A stretch of 62,765 bases of DNA, counting the filler, from Dugesia japonica (lineage: Eukaryota), in NCBI GenBank assembly GCA_001938525.1. It is 7 parts of 7 records of this genome, joined end to end, with 100 filler letters (N's around TTAATTAATTAA, not from the genome) between each part and the next. Parts side by side here need not be neighbours in the genome. Positions count along the whole stretch, not along the records: positions 44,172 to 53,736 come from MQRL01628763.1; positions 53,837 to 62,765 come from MQRL01233333.1; 5 more parts are not named here. One strand, written 5' to 3'. This document shows, piece after piece, positions 49,901 to 62,765 of this stretch (positions within the stretch are counted from its first letter, which is position 1; the number at the start of each line of letters is the position of its first letter). The notes below the pieces were generated by a model. The model was not told the origin of the DNA. It was given only the letters and a program-made list of their open reading frames with translations, and made no database searches. Made by a program: the position numbers and the translations under genes.

Positions 49901-51529
49901 TGTCAATTGTAAGTATGTTTTGAAAAGCGAATTGAAATTTTTGTGCTTTGATCGGAAATTATTTTTTTAAAATCTTTTATTTAAAAATTGAAGTCACAAA
50001 TTAATCAGGAAATTAAAGTAAATTAAAGTTTTGGTAAAAAATTTATGTGTAGTTAAGGATTAATTCAAATATTTTTATACACAATTTATTGTAGATTTTT
50101 AGAAACTACAATTTTATTTTAGAAATTTAGGAAATTAAAAATAAATATTTTAATAGCAGATTTTTTTTAATTTTCAATTTATTTCAAATAAAGATTTAAT
50201 CTAAAATATTAAATTTATAAGAAAATAATTTCTGATTGAAACACGGTTTTTTAATTTGTTTGAATAAACGAATAATAATGTTATAGTTTTGTTTATGAAT
50301 AAATTTTGCTATGGAATCNNNNNNNNNNNNNNNNNNNNNNNNNNNNNNNNNNNNNNNNNNNNNNNNNNNNNNNNNNNNNNNNNNNNNNNNNNNNNNNNNN
50401 NNNNNNNNNNNNNNNNNNNNNNNNNNNNNNNNNNNNNNNNNNNNNNNNNNNNNNNNNNNNNNNNNNNNNNNNNNNNNNNNNNNNNNAAATTTGACATTAA
50501 AAAAATTTTAAATTAAAATATTTTACAAAATGCTGATAATTTTTGATATTTTTCGTTTTTGAGTATGAATTTTTAAATTTGTTTGTAAAAAGCAAATTTA
50601 TGTTTATAGTTTTGTTTTTTGAATAAATCTTTTATGGAAATGAGTTTTCGCATTAACTGTCCGACGAGTTCTTCAAACTCATCTAACAGAAACCCGTAAA
50701 TCTGATCTCTAAATTTATGTTGTTAAAAATGGCTTGACTCCCTGACAGAATCGATTGATCAACGATTTTTTTTACCATTGGTGAGTTAAATAAAATCATC
50801 GCATCTGAGCTTATCATTAAACGATAAGGTATGATGTTATGTTAGTAATACATGTTGAGATCACATAACACACAACAACAACATATATCACACAACAACA
50901 TCACATAACAAACAACAAATAGATAACACATAAATAGATCTTCAACGATCAAGCCTCAGAATAATCAATACAGATACAGAGCCCCAAAATAAAAATCAAT
51001 CATCAATCAATACAGACCCGGAACAATCAGAAAAAATTTTTGGTCGATGCAATTGCATCATAATCATGATCTAGACCTTTTCTTATTTAAACATTTTATT
51101 TGAATATGTTGTACATTTTGGTAATTCAAGCATTTTTATTATTACGTTTTATGATCCGAACAATTCAATTTATGTTATTACATTATTTTTATTTTTAATC
51201 GACAGGTGAATTTATGTTATTAAATTATTTTATTATTTTGTTTATAATCGACAGGTGAAATAAATCAGAACTTNNNNNNNNNNNNNNNNNNNNNNNNNNN
51301 NNNNNNNNNNNNNNNNNNNNNNNTTTTTATATAAAGAAATATTCTTATTTTTAATATTGTAAATTAATAAGAGTTATTGAAAATTTTTATGTAAAAATAT
51401 TTTTATTTTGGTAAATTAAAATTAGCTGATAAGGTTGTTACTAATACGCAAATATTTTGTTATATATCAAAAATAAAGGGTATTTTAAAGGTGTNNNNNN
51501 NNNNNNNNNNNNNNNNNNNNNNNNNNNNN

Positions 51530-53140
51530 CAACAAAGACAGTATATTACCCTATTTATACTTTTTGGTAAAATATCGATTATATAATATTGTATTTACAT
51601 ATACACAGGGATAACAATTAACACCCGTAAAATCACCAATCAGTCATTTATTATATCCGTAGTAAATACGAACCATAATATCTCTTTTGTTGAGTTTAAG
51701 TACCCAACATATATTACAATTACAAATGAAAACTCTAATCATGTTCTGTAATCATATACTGTAATATGTATTGTAAAATATGTCAAATAATTAAATTAAG
51801 GTAAGATATATCAAAATAAAGTAAAATAATAAAAATATTATTGTTAGTCAAATTAATATCAATTTCAATACTGCAAAAACCAAAATAAAGTAAAGTTTAT
51901 AAACATATTGTTGGTTAGTCAAATTAAAATGAATTTCAATACTACAAAATAAAACTTTAACATAATCTTACGAACAACTATAGAAAATAAATAAGAAAAG
52001 CTTGCTCCTCGACCATCACCAGGCATTCGAATAGAACAATTCTTAAGTGCACTCAGTTATTTGTACCATTATACATTATTTGTTTCTCATGTAACTTCTC
52101 TGTTTCTGTTTAATCACTCTGTTTCCATGTACATTCCTTGAAATTTTATTTATTAATATTTCGTCACCCAAGTTATNNACTCCATTCTCATTATCATCTC
52201 ATTCAGCATCCTGATGTTTTACAAGTCAATTTAACCTCTTTCACTATCTCAGCTTCTCGTATTTCATGATCAGATACTTGGCTCGTAACTTTAGCTTTAT
52301 TCATTATCAGTTGGTAATCATTTTAATCTCGTCTTCGATATGACTGACAGATGATCTCGGATAGGTATAAAAGGTAATCTCAATTGCTTTCTGATCTATT
52401 TATTTTCGGAAATTGATTTTGTTGAACTTATCAATTCCAAAGTTTTTCACAATAATGAAATTTTTCTGTAATCACTAGGTATTTTTATTATAGTAATTCG
52501 CAAGAGATTTATCATTATTTTGCACTAAATGATTACTAGCTTAAATATCTATCAGATTTCAGGCGAGTCTCGTTGCTCACTGTGAGCACCCACCAGAAAA
52601 TCAGTGATTCGTAACATTTGACTAGTAGCACTTCCAAACGAGAGTATTCGAGGTGGTTTCTGGATTCACTACAAACAGACATCATTAATTCAATAGGTTC
52701 GTATCGAGGGTAAGGAAAATGTTGGTAACGACAACAAGATCTCATGGTTCTGGCAAGCAACTTCGAAATTCATCACTAATAACAGCGGCACTCATTATAA
52801 CCTTACGATTAACAATGATTTTGGAATTGTAATATTAATGACATCATAATGAGGTTAACCCTAATCATGGTTATATTAGAATTAATAGTATTAGTACGAC
52901 AATAATAAATAAGGTGTCACTAGTAGTGGGAATGGTGAATGAAAATCATAGTACGAACCGGTTAACAAAGAGATTAATTCATTTTGCAATGCCGATAATG
53001 ACTAGAATAATAGGGATATTCATCGTATTTATAGAAAATGGTAGTTAAGGTTAATAGTAATAATAATGGCAATACTTGCAATAATAATAGCGATAATAAA
53101 AATGACAATAATAATAACATTAGTAATAATATTAATAATA
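51530..53140 (-). pseudogene. Probable copy 3 (more diverged) of the three-ORF module followed by a TGTTGGG LTR-like start at 51709
   Basis: LLARTMR..HFPYP..PIEL vs ILSKTLR..HLPFP..PNEL; PFIPIRD..VISKTR vs AFLPIHN..VSExR; LR..LFE.LVMVEEQA vs LRKAM..LMVDKG.Q. The upstream spacer resembles 15700-15860. TGTTGGGTACTTAAAC is followed by GATTGG and TATAAATAGG. Confidence 0.5.
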
Positions 53141-53736
53141 ATAATGTTGGGGTCCCACCTGAGTTTATGGTGAAAATAGACGGCGGCCGGGGAAAAACGG
53201 CCCTCAGAGGTACCCCTTCAAGATTTTACATCTAATGTCCCTAAATTAGATATTCAGTGTAGAGCGGTTGACCTTCAACCTTTACGGGAGGTTCACACTC
53301 ACACACCTTTGGTTTGGGTTCATTTATTTCCCTATTATTTAAAAAAAAATTAATAAAATGTTAGTATTATTAATTTTAACTTCTTCTTTGTTTTGATTGG
53401 AGTTCGTAAAAACATAAAAGAAAATCAGTGAAATATGTTATGATTGATTTTATTTCATTTAATCAATAATATTGCAATCAGNNNNNNNNNNNNNNNNNNN
53501 NNNNNNNNNNNNNNNNNNNNNNNNNNNNNNNNNNNNNTATTGGATTAATTAATTGAAAAATTAATTAAAGAAAAACCATATTTTTAACCTAATGGTAGAG
53601 ATACTAATCATAGTAATGTCACTGTTAATCCGGCTGGTTACAGAAATTTAGTGTAAATAAAGGAATTCAGGATAGTAATACCACACAGCAATAAGACTGA
53701 ATGTAATCAGCACTATACTATTAGTAATAATACCAG

Positions 53737-53836
53737 NNNNNNNNNNNNNNNNNNNNNNNNNNNNNNNNNNNNNNNNNNNNTTAATTAATTAANNNNNNNN
53801 NNNNNNNNNNNNNNNNNNNNNNNNNNNNNNNNNNNN
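53737..53836. other. Artificial scaffold linker
   Basis: N44-TTAATTAATTAA-N44. Confidence 0.95.
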
Positions 53837-54810
53837 CATTCCAGATAAACTTTGGCGATTTTAGATTTATATATTTGGAATCAGCAAAGAATTTTCTATC
53901 TAATAGATATTTAATGTAAAGATGAGAAATAATTTTTTCGAAAAATTTTTATTTGTGAAAAATAATATCCATCGAATTCTACATCGATTGATTCCCATAA
54001 AAAAATTTAATTATTTGAATTATTTAAACAAATTCATCTATTTCCCACGAATTTCTTTAAAAACGTCAACGAAAACAGACCAACCCGAGGAAATAGTTGC
54101 CTAAAATCATCCACAAAATTAACATTCCTGAACAATTTTCTTATCCAATCATCAAAAAATTTGAAAATTTAAATAAATTTTAAGAGCGTAAACAATAAAG
54201 AGAGCAGAAACGTTTGGTAACTTGCTAGATAAAAGAAAAGAGTTGGTAGTGAAATATATGGAGACATTTAAAAAAAAACAAAGGATTTCAGTCGCGGCTT
54301 CGCATGAGAATTTGGAGGGGGAAAATATAATGATTTGAGATGTCAAAGATCTAGAGAAGTTATCACGAGAACATGAAGATGTAGAAACTTATATTTCAAA
54401 ATTAGAAGAGTTGTATGCTATTTTTCCAAAATCAAGATATTTTATCAATGTCAGAAATAATTTAGTAACTGATAAATTCTTAACTAGCATAAGTTCTTTT
54501 CATTTGGGCATTGAAATCCCAAACGTTTCGTACAATTCATAAGTGAAATTTATTTGCAGTATAAATTGCGTTTGCCAAGTCTCCCAAGTCCGTCATTTTG
54601 ATGGAGTTCTGAGTTTTTTCAGACTTTACACAAAATGTTCACAAATATCAATTGAATTAAAATAATAAAGAGGTCTTTTTATTGCATTTATTTTATTATA
54701 TTTATAAGAATATAATAAGAATTTATAAATTATTATATTCTAAAGAAATATTCATAAAGATTAATATATTTGAAATCAATCAAACTAATCGAATTATCGT
54801 AAAATATTTT

Positions 54811-55184
54811 TTAGAAATATAATAAAAATGGTAGCAGTGTAGATAAACCAATAAAAAGACTTTTGTAGCCAGGAAAATGATTTGCTCCATTACATAATTC
54901 TTTAGAACAACAATACAAATAAGCACTTCCGATATATCCTGGATTACACGAACTTGCACACAATTTATATGTGTATGTAGAATACACGGTATTTGCACAA
55001 TAAGTACAAATATTTTCCGATTTGTAAGCAGTTGACGCGTTGAATGGAATAGAACACCTAGTGCACTCATAACAACGTATTGAGCTTCCGAGTTGAACAT
55101 CTAAATTAATGCATAATTTATTTTAAACATATAGAATATAATCATACATATCGACACAATCACGGCGATGAAAAATAATTTCAT
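54811..55184 (-). CDS. Ly6/uPAR (three-finger, CD59-like) GPI-anchored protein, 108 aa, two exons (55184-55148, 55100-54811)
   Basis: MKLFFIAVIVSIYVQLGSSIRCYECTRCSIPFNASTAYKSENICTYCANTVYSTYTYKLCASSCNPGYIGSAYLYCCSKELCNGANHFPGYKSLFIGLSTLLPFLLYF*. It has a signal peptide, 10 Cys, CYEC...CCxxxLCN, a hydrophobic GPI tail and a 47-nt phase-1 intron. Confidence 0.92.
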
Positions 55185-56076
55185 GGTACTCATTTTTGAA
55201 TGATGTACAATTAATTTTTACTTCCATTTATAGATTATCAATTATCACTTTGTAAAGATTTTGAACTTCAGCATTTTTATAATTTTGACATTTAAATTAA
55301 ACATAAATACTGAAATGTCTACTGCAGATATTTTAGCAAGAATAATTTGGCATCTAAAATATATGCAATCTTTATTTTGTTAAATTATATCAAAATTCCA
55401 CTCATTGAATTTAAATGATACTTCTTATATTCAACTGAGTCACATGTTAAGTTTTATTATATTCTAAAATCTTAAATGTTTGTACAAAGTCTAACCTAAA
55501 TAATTTATTAGAAGTTTTATTAATTTATTGATGCTGCATTAAAACCAAGAATTGTATTTAAAAAAATTATCATTTATTAATTAAATTATTAATTAATATT
55601 TTCAACAAAAAGAGAAATATTTTATAGCTTTCAACAGTAATGGTATCTTGAAATAATAATAATAATAATTCATAATTTCTCTACTAATGATTTTTGTAAT
55701 CTAAGATTTTCTGTTTTTAATAATTTCTTGGTGGTTGCCAACAAATTTTCTTTTGGAGTTGGATTCGTTTTCTGGCTGTCACCAAGAGATTTTTTAACCA
55801 CTTTTTTTATTCCAATTTGGATTTGCAATTAGTCTTCTTTTCTTTTTTTTAGAAATTTAATTTGTGATTTTCAGCCGTTGCCGAGTTTTATTCTTTTGAA
55901 TTCAATTTTAATTATTGACTTTTTTTGTCTTTCATAAATTTTTTATTAAGGAATGTTTTAATGTATACGGGTATGTATGCATATACACACATATCCTACA
56001 CACAAATCAAAATAAATAAAAACGCATTAAAAAATGTACATGGTAATATTTACATCGCAATATTGTTTCAAAATAT

Positions 56077-59000
56077 TTACATTACAATATGTTTTTGTTT
56101 GTTATTATTATTTTTGTTTGTTTGTATTATCTGTGTGCTTTTTGTGAATAATTTTGTTTGATTTTGTGCGTTGATGGTCACATGTTTTGTTTCTTTGGGT
56201 ATATGGTATGGTTTCGTTCTTCTGAAGCTAACTTTCGTTTCCTGGTCGTTTATATAGTGGGTTGCGACATTTTTGTCAATTTTTAGGAGTTTGTATTGGC
56301 CTGAATATTTTGATTCAAAGCCTTTTGGGAAGGGCCTTTTTACTGATGTATAGTTGGTTGTGAGCACTGTTTTGTTTTGTGGTTCGACTTTGTTTTGTGC
56401 TTTTAATGCTTTTTAATTCTCTCGGTTTAGCTTTATTATCGCCATTTGCCTTTTCTTCCTGTGTTAATTATTTTGTTTTCTTTTAGATTAGGAATCGCTG
56501 TTTGCTTGCTCCATACCAAGTGGCTTGGGCTTCGAGTATTTGTTGCGTTTGTATTATTTCGTAACTTTATTAGTGTTTGTGGCAGCTTTCAAGCCATGTT
56601 CTGTCATCTGCGATTGTTCATAGACTTTGTTTTAGAGTTCTGTGCAACCTTTCTATCTTCCCGTTACATTGCGGGTTATATGCAGTAGTTCTGTTATTTT
56701 TAATTTCATATTTGTTGCATAAGTGTTTGAGCAGTTTGAACTCGAATTGTCTTCCTTGATCTGTTATAAGTGTTTTTGGTTTTCCTTAGTGATTGAACCA
56801 ATTTAATTCTATATTTTTGCAAAGGTTTGTTGCAGATATTTCTTTCGGTGGGATGACTTCGAACCAGTTGGTTTTTCTGTCAATCATTTTTAACAAATAT
56901 TTATATCCGTCGATTCGCGGTAATGGTCCTACTAAATCTACATGTATTGTTTCGAACGGTTCGCTGCTGCGAAAATTAACTTTTTCAGGTTTTGTATTTT
57001 TCGTTATTTTGTATTTCTGGAAATTAGGACATGTTTTGACAAGTTCTTTGAGTTCCTGTCTCATATTTGGTCAGATGTATTTATTGTGTATTATTTCGTA
57101 CGTCACTTTGTTCCCGGGGTGAGGATTGTTATGAAGTTTTGACATATATTTGATTCTGAATTCTTTTGGTAGTAAAATTCGTATGTTTTATTCGTTATGT
57201 GTATCCCATCAGATGTCACTTACTTTTGTGAGGTTTACAGAGTGTTCCGTTTGCATTTCTTTTATTGTTTCAGTTTTTTTCTCTTTAATTTCTTCTAAGT
57301 TGAAGCTGTTTTTGAATTCCATTGAGTTGACTTCACTTTAGATTCTGGATAGTGCATTGCCTGTCATGTTTGCTGAGCCTGCAATGTAATTGATTGTGCA
57401 ATTGAATTGGGATATATAGTTTAACTGTCGAAATTGCCTCGGTGACGCTTGTTTCTATTACATTACGTTCACCAGAAGTTTGTGATCAGTATTAATGATG
57501 AATTCTCTTCCTTCTAATAAGGGTTAGCAATATTTGATTGAATCATATATAGCTAATAATTCTCGATCAAAAGTAGAATAGCGAATTTGGTGTGTTTTTA
57601 GTTTCTTTGAGAAAAAACCTAATGGCTGTTGACCAAACTCATTTTCTTGTGGCAAAGTTGCTCCCATTGCAATTCCGTAGCAATCTGTTGTAAGGGTATA
57701 ATCTCTATTTGACTTTAGTATCTTAACAATGTTGCTTTTGATAAGCTGTTCTTAGCGTTTTTGAAAGCTTCTATTGTTGTATTAGTCCAATTGATTTTTA
57801 ATTTAATGTGTTTCTTAGGAAATCGATTTCTTCTTTGATGAATTCACATTTTTAGGTTTAATTTTGTATTTGTTGTATCAACTTTGTTTTTATTTTCGAT
57901 TAATTTCCTTTTGTGACAATCAACCAGCAGTTTGTGAGATGTCAGGAAATCTGCTTCTATTATTGTCTGTTGAACTTCAGACATTGTGAATGTTCATTTG
58001 TAGGTTCTGTTATTTACATTGATTTCTATTTGTTTGTCACTGAATGTTTGAACCGTTTGCGGCAGTAAATGTTTTTTATGTTTTGGAGCAAATTTTAAAT
58101 AGTTAGTGAGAGAGTAGTGAAATCACTGAGCTAGGATCTATTAAAATTCAGTGTTGTTGGAATGCACCGTGAAATCGTAATTTTTGTCATCGAATGTAGG
58201 TGCTACCACTGGTTGGGATTGTATGTACATGGCTTGATAAACCTGTATGCTTTGTCCCCAAATTTATTATTCAATTAGCATATATTTGAATCTTTTTAGT
58301 CAGGATTTCTGTGAAATTGATGAGTGATTCGATTTCTAGAGTTTGATTGGTTTAGTGAGAATGCCCTTGAATGTGATCTACTGTTTTAGTTTTTATGTGG
58401 GCTGTATTTGCTCTCTCTTGTTTGGGAAATCATGATTTTGTTTAGTTCTTCCCTAATTTTCTTGTTTTTCGTTAACAATTCGTTCATTTTGGACATCAGG
58501 AATTTGACTAACATTTCCATGTTGTTGTTGCTTGGAGGGTTTTGTTCCACTTTTTCGTTCTTGTAGTAATTATTATATTTCTTAATACTGAAAGTTGTGG
58601 AGAAAATCTCTTCGTTTATTTTGTAGGCGATTTTTGCCAGTGTGTCGAAATTGTCGTTGTTGCATAAATTCTAGTAGAATTCTACGTATTTCTGACCGCA
58701 TTGCTCACATAAAGAATTCGTTTAGCAATTTGTTTGATTCAGATTGTAATGTTGGGTTGAAGGTATTCAAGATTTTGCTTGAGTTGTCTTAGAAAATTGC
58801 TAGGTTTGCTATTTCCTAATTATGTATTGTTTAGACAAGCTTCTAGCATTTGTCTTCTATTAATTTTGTTTTTATTTACAAGAATATTGTATAATTTCTT
58901 CAAAGGTTCATCACCTTTTGTGAGTGAACAATTTAATCTGCAATTTGGTTCAAGACGTGGGTTGGAACAGCAGATAGTGTGTGGGAGCACAATATTTTGG

Positions 59001-59130
59001 AAGATTTGATCCCCGATAAAGTTAGGGTTAACTTGAAGAAATCCAGTTACTTTTGCGGAGTACCATTTTCGTCGTTAAAGTAGTTGGGAATGCTTAATTT
59101 TGGGTTTAAAACTGCATTTATATTCATTTT
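56077..59130 (-). mobile_element. Ty3/Gypsy retrotransposon relic (CsRN1-like), RT largely deleted
   Basis: Integrase PFETIHVDLVGPLPRIDGYKYLL..IDRKTNWFEVIP; RNase H PLGFFSKKL..YSTFDRELLAIY..TDHK; protease remnant LIDPSS at ~58135; gag remnant FGDKAY...PC at ~58250. LTRs not identified. Confidence 0.85.
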
Positions 59131-59657
59131 CTCGTTTTTTGTTTACTGAACTCATTTTCGTTATCCTAGAGCTTTAGGATTTCTATTTCTTCTTTTTAAT
59201 GCAAATTTGATTATGTTTTATGTTTGCAAAAAACATGAGTTAAATGAAGGATATGACTTACTGTGTTCAGTCAAAAGAGGTCGTTAATACTTTATAGCTC
59301 TATAATTGCTATTCTAAAATCACATCGATTGAAGAACAAATGTTTAATTTTAGTTGTTTAATTTTATTTAAATAATTTTAGTTTTATAACTCTTTTCCTT
59401 CTGATACTAATTTGTAATCTTTAATCAAGCGCGATTTGCAGTTAGGGTATTTTATTATTAGTTAAGTTAATAAATAAAATACAATTTGAAAAGTTCTATT
59501 ATCTTAATCTGAATTATATTATGTGAATATACCTTAATAACGCGTATTGTTATTATTTTATTTTAATTAGTTAGAGCCATTATTATATCTGTTATTTTAT
59601 TACCAAATAAATCTGTTGAGATTGACAGCTCTCATCAAGGTATTGCAATAATGGTGT

Positions 59658-60460
59658 CTAAAACACTAGAATTACAATCATGTTATTATACCTTAAATAC
59701 ATCAAATAAAACGGTGTGTAAGTGTCTAAATTTAGCACATTATGATAGGCAACTAAAGACAAAGGAATAACCATGAGAGTCGACTTAAATGTCATAATCC
59801 CTAAACTGTTTTCTCTCTGTATAACTGTATACAGTTCTGACTTATTGTTAGCAATTATTCTCTCCTTCAGTTGATGAAGCTTGTTTACCAAATCGCGACT
59901 AACAGACTCTGGATTTGGACTCGGTTATGCTCTTATACTTGATTGTTCTTGTTTCAAATCCCGAAATCTATTTGCTAAGTCTTTTTGTGTAAACATTTGA
60001 AGCGTTAGACTTCGAGATCTTGGTTTTGTCTCTACATATTTTTAGACATTCTCCACATCTCAATTATCGATATATTCTCTTAGTTCGTCTAATTCTTATG
60101 TTGGATATATCAGTGGAGATAAAGTTAAACTTTCTGTTAGAACGATTTCTTGCAATAAAGGATTAGGCATAGTACTGATCGGTAAAATTTATGGTCCAAG
60201 ACCTGTATATCTCACTTGCTCATCCCAATCTGTTAGAATTCCTCTTCATTTCTTTGTTCATTTAAAGAAATTGGATGTTTTCCTCTCTTTGCTTTACTCA
60301 TTGTCTCATGAATCCGTCTTTACTAAATATTCCTGTAGAGGTTAGTTCTATATCATCGTCACTATCATCAACACTGTTATTTTCATCTGATATTTTGATT
60401 CGCACCACAACATGTTTCACTGTTACNTGTTTCACTTTTAACTTTTTAATTTCGTCATTA
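59658..60460 (-). pseudogene. Degraded long ORF of unknown family
   Basis: About 260 codons of plausible protein sequence (acidic patch DDSDDDIEL, helical C-terminal part), broken by several stops and one frameshift. Confidence 0.35.
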
Positions 60461-61360
60461 TGATGCTTAAACAGTAAGATTTTTGTAAAAAATGGGAACA
60501 AACCAATTAATCGCCAAGTAACTCCACCTGATTTGAATATACTATATGTGAATAACAATTGTGTGAAAATGAAATTCCTGCTAATCGAAAAACAAATACT
60601 CTAAATGTACTAAACGTTTTGCGCTACATTCTTAGCACTTTCTTTATAATGCTCAGGTCCAAACAATAAATTGTATTTCATTCTGCCAATACACAAAGTG
60701 GCTTAGAAATTAAGTGGCGTGAACTTTGAACTGGCTCAGTATACTCAATTCTGATTGGTTGAACTAATGTTGCTATTTATAAGTGGCTCGGTATACTCAA
60801 TTGTAGTTGGTTAAATAATGTGCGAAACTTTAAATTAAAAACTTATATTTCATTGAATTTTTTTAGTAAACCAAAATTTAATTATTTGTTTGAATTCATC
60901 AAAAATTAAGATTTTATAAGTCATACAAAAACTATCATGGTATCATTGCATGTGTAAAGACGCGACGGATCTCATGGTGCAATAACAGATTCAATCAAGC
61001 TTGCTCGTTAATAGTTATTAAAAATCAAGCAATGAAAATTTGCCCCACCCACAATTTTCATCAGAATAAGTCGATCTTGGTATCATTTTAATGGAAATTA
61101 TAATGTATCTATACATTTCCTAAAGAAACTTGGCTATAAAATGCTTTGTTCTCATCTGAACAATGTTCACTTTAAAACAATAGTTATACCTCAATCATAC
61201 ACATCACACTTATTTATCTAGACACACACAGTATATTGAGCTAATTGAATCTTGAATTCCTTAAAATGAAGATCTTCATGCAAAATTCTGAATAATGTCG
61301 TTCTTATAATGGATAGTTGTTGTGAATGACAACGGATTGACGTTTTTGGTGTCTGACTCA

Positions 61361-61870
61361 CACTACAGCTGACAGCTACAATATTTGTTTCCGAGCGACC
61401 ACTTTTATGATATTCTTGGCGTCGTTAGTAGATAGATAGTGGCGGTCAGCACCACGCACACATTCAGTAGAAACCCCCCCCCCGCCCCTATACGTAATCG
61501 AATTATGACATAACTGTTTTTTAATTTTTCTAATGTAAATAGGCGGCTGCACACATTTGTGTGCGTTACATAATGTAATTAATCTTGTCGCGAGAATTAT
61601 TACATAAGTGATGTTACTTTTTCCCTGTGTATTTAGTTGGGAAAAATTATTTGCACACAAATTATGTCATCAGATTAATTTCATCAGGGAAATTTTACAT
61701 AATAGGATTAAGAGAGGTTACTTTTTCCCTGTGTATTTAGTTGGGAAAATTTTTCAAGCTTATTAGAGGGCAAAGTGGGGTTACGTATGTTCCCTGTATA
61801 TTTAGTGGCAATATTTTTTATAGGCTTTTTTTAAGCAGTAGAATTTTATAGGCTTTTTAAGTGGAAAAAG
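61361..61870 (+). mobile_element. Probable DNA transposon end (CACTA start) with subterminal TTCCCTGTGTATTTAGTTGGGAAAA repeats
   Basis: CACTACAG at 61361; repeats at ~61620, 61725 and 61790; homologous copy at 44330-44600. Confidence 0.4.
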
Positions 61871-62059
61871 TTTTTATGGGAATTTAAGTATTTTTTTTGT
61901 TGTTTAAATAATATGGAAAATTTAGAATTTTTTGAAAAAATATGTTCTAAATATCAGATTTCAAAGATTTTTATACCAAACTGCTGACAATTTTACGGTG
62001 ATCATTTCTCACAAATAAAATGTTTTCGAAAGTTTTTTCCTTCTCAAATATGTCAGCAA

Positions 62060-62420
62060 AGCATCTATTCGATAGAGAATTCTTTCACTGATTCCAAATA
62101 TGTTAACCTAAAATTGCCAAAAATAATACTTGATTAAATAAATGAGGTTTTGTGGTGAAAAAGTTTCAAAACTCAGACTTTAGTGCTCAGAGCTCTGTGC
62201 GACTCAAATTTAGTATCATTTTACTCAGGAGGAAAAAGTGACTGTACAAAGTTAAAATATCGTCTCGGTAAAAATGCTTCCTAACGAATATGTACAGCCG
62301 CCCTCCCGAAGTTGGTGATATTTTTCGAAAATTGAAAAAGTATCTCAACATTGGTCAAAGATGTATTTATTCGATAGAGAATCTTTCACTGATTCCAAAT
62401 ATGTAAACCTAATATCATCA
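62060..62420 (+). repeat. Dispersed subterminal-type repeat (CTATTCGATAGAGAAT.CTTTCACTGATTCCAAATATGT), two copies; reverse copy at 53850-53912
   Basis: Direct sequence matches. Confidence 0.65.
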
Positions 62421-62765
62421 AATCTTATACATAAAATGTTATATAGAAAAAACATGTACTTCATTTTGGGAGTCCGTGTGGTAATTATGAGTTTTGGAAA
62501 GGGTAACTCAAATTTAAACATCAAGGTATCAATTAGATAGAAAATTTAACGTTGAGTAGGAAAAACATGGTTACAAATCATCAAGTTTTATAGATAAAAA
62601 GATATAAAAGAAAAATAAATATTAATTATAAACCAATTTAATTTAATTTTAAATAAATTAATTAATTAAATATTATCAAAAAAAATGTTCTGGAATCAAA
62701 TGTTTTACTGTATCAATAACATTTAATTATACACACACAAAATTAAAAAACACACTATAAAAAAA

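Noticed and set aside
54780-55100. 106-aa ORF in the ORF track
   Set aside because: Wrong frame. The overlapping frame encodes the Ly6 domain with a proper splice junction.
58124-58142. Further copy of the MULE-like terminal motif (CTGAGCTAGGATCTA)
   Set aside because: It lies within the Gypsy protease active-site remnant, so it is probably a coincidence.

Overview
This is AT-rich eukaryotic genomic DNA with 30-60 nt GT-AG introns. The 18S fragment, the Ly6/CD59-like gene and a CsRN1-type Gypsy suggest a flatworm, possibly a triclad planarian (inference). The window is not contiguous. Seven unrelated scaffolds of about 8.3-9.6 kb are joined by artificial N44-TTAATTAATTAA-N44 linkers at 8848, 17286, 26361, 35383, 44072 and 53737. 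Host genes: an intronless GT32 glycosyltransferase, an internal part of supervillin, a N/Q/S-rich gene with a possible LEDGF-IBD/TFIIS-N-like end lying head-to-head with SMARCD/BAF60, a divergent ChaC gamma-glutamylcyclotransferase, and a complete two-exon GPI-anchored Ly6 (three-finger) gene missed by the ORF track. The rest is mostly transposon debris: two Ty3/Gypsy elements, Polinton-type pPolB, MULE, mariner, Tc1/rosa-like and hAT relics, Penelope termini carrying minimal hammerhead ribozymes, and an 18S pseudogene interrupted by a MULE-like terminus. The strongest candidate for an undescribed system is a dispersed three-ORF module found on three different scaffolds, each time beside a TGTTGGG-starting LTR-like promoter. 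Its ORFs have conserved AG|TG splice acceptors, and the last ORF encodes a coiled-coil protein ending in a dynein-light-chain (LC8)-type motif.
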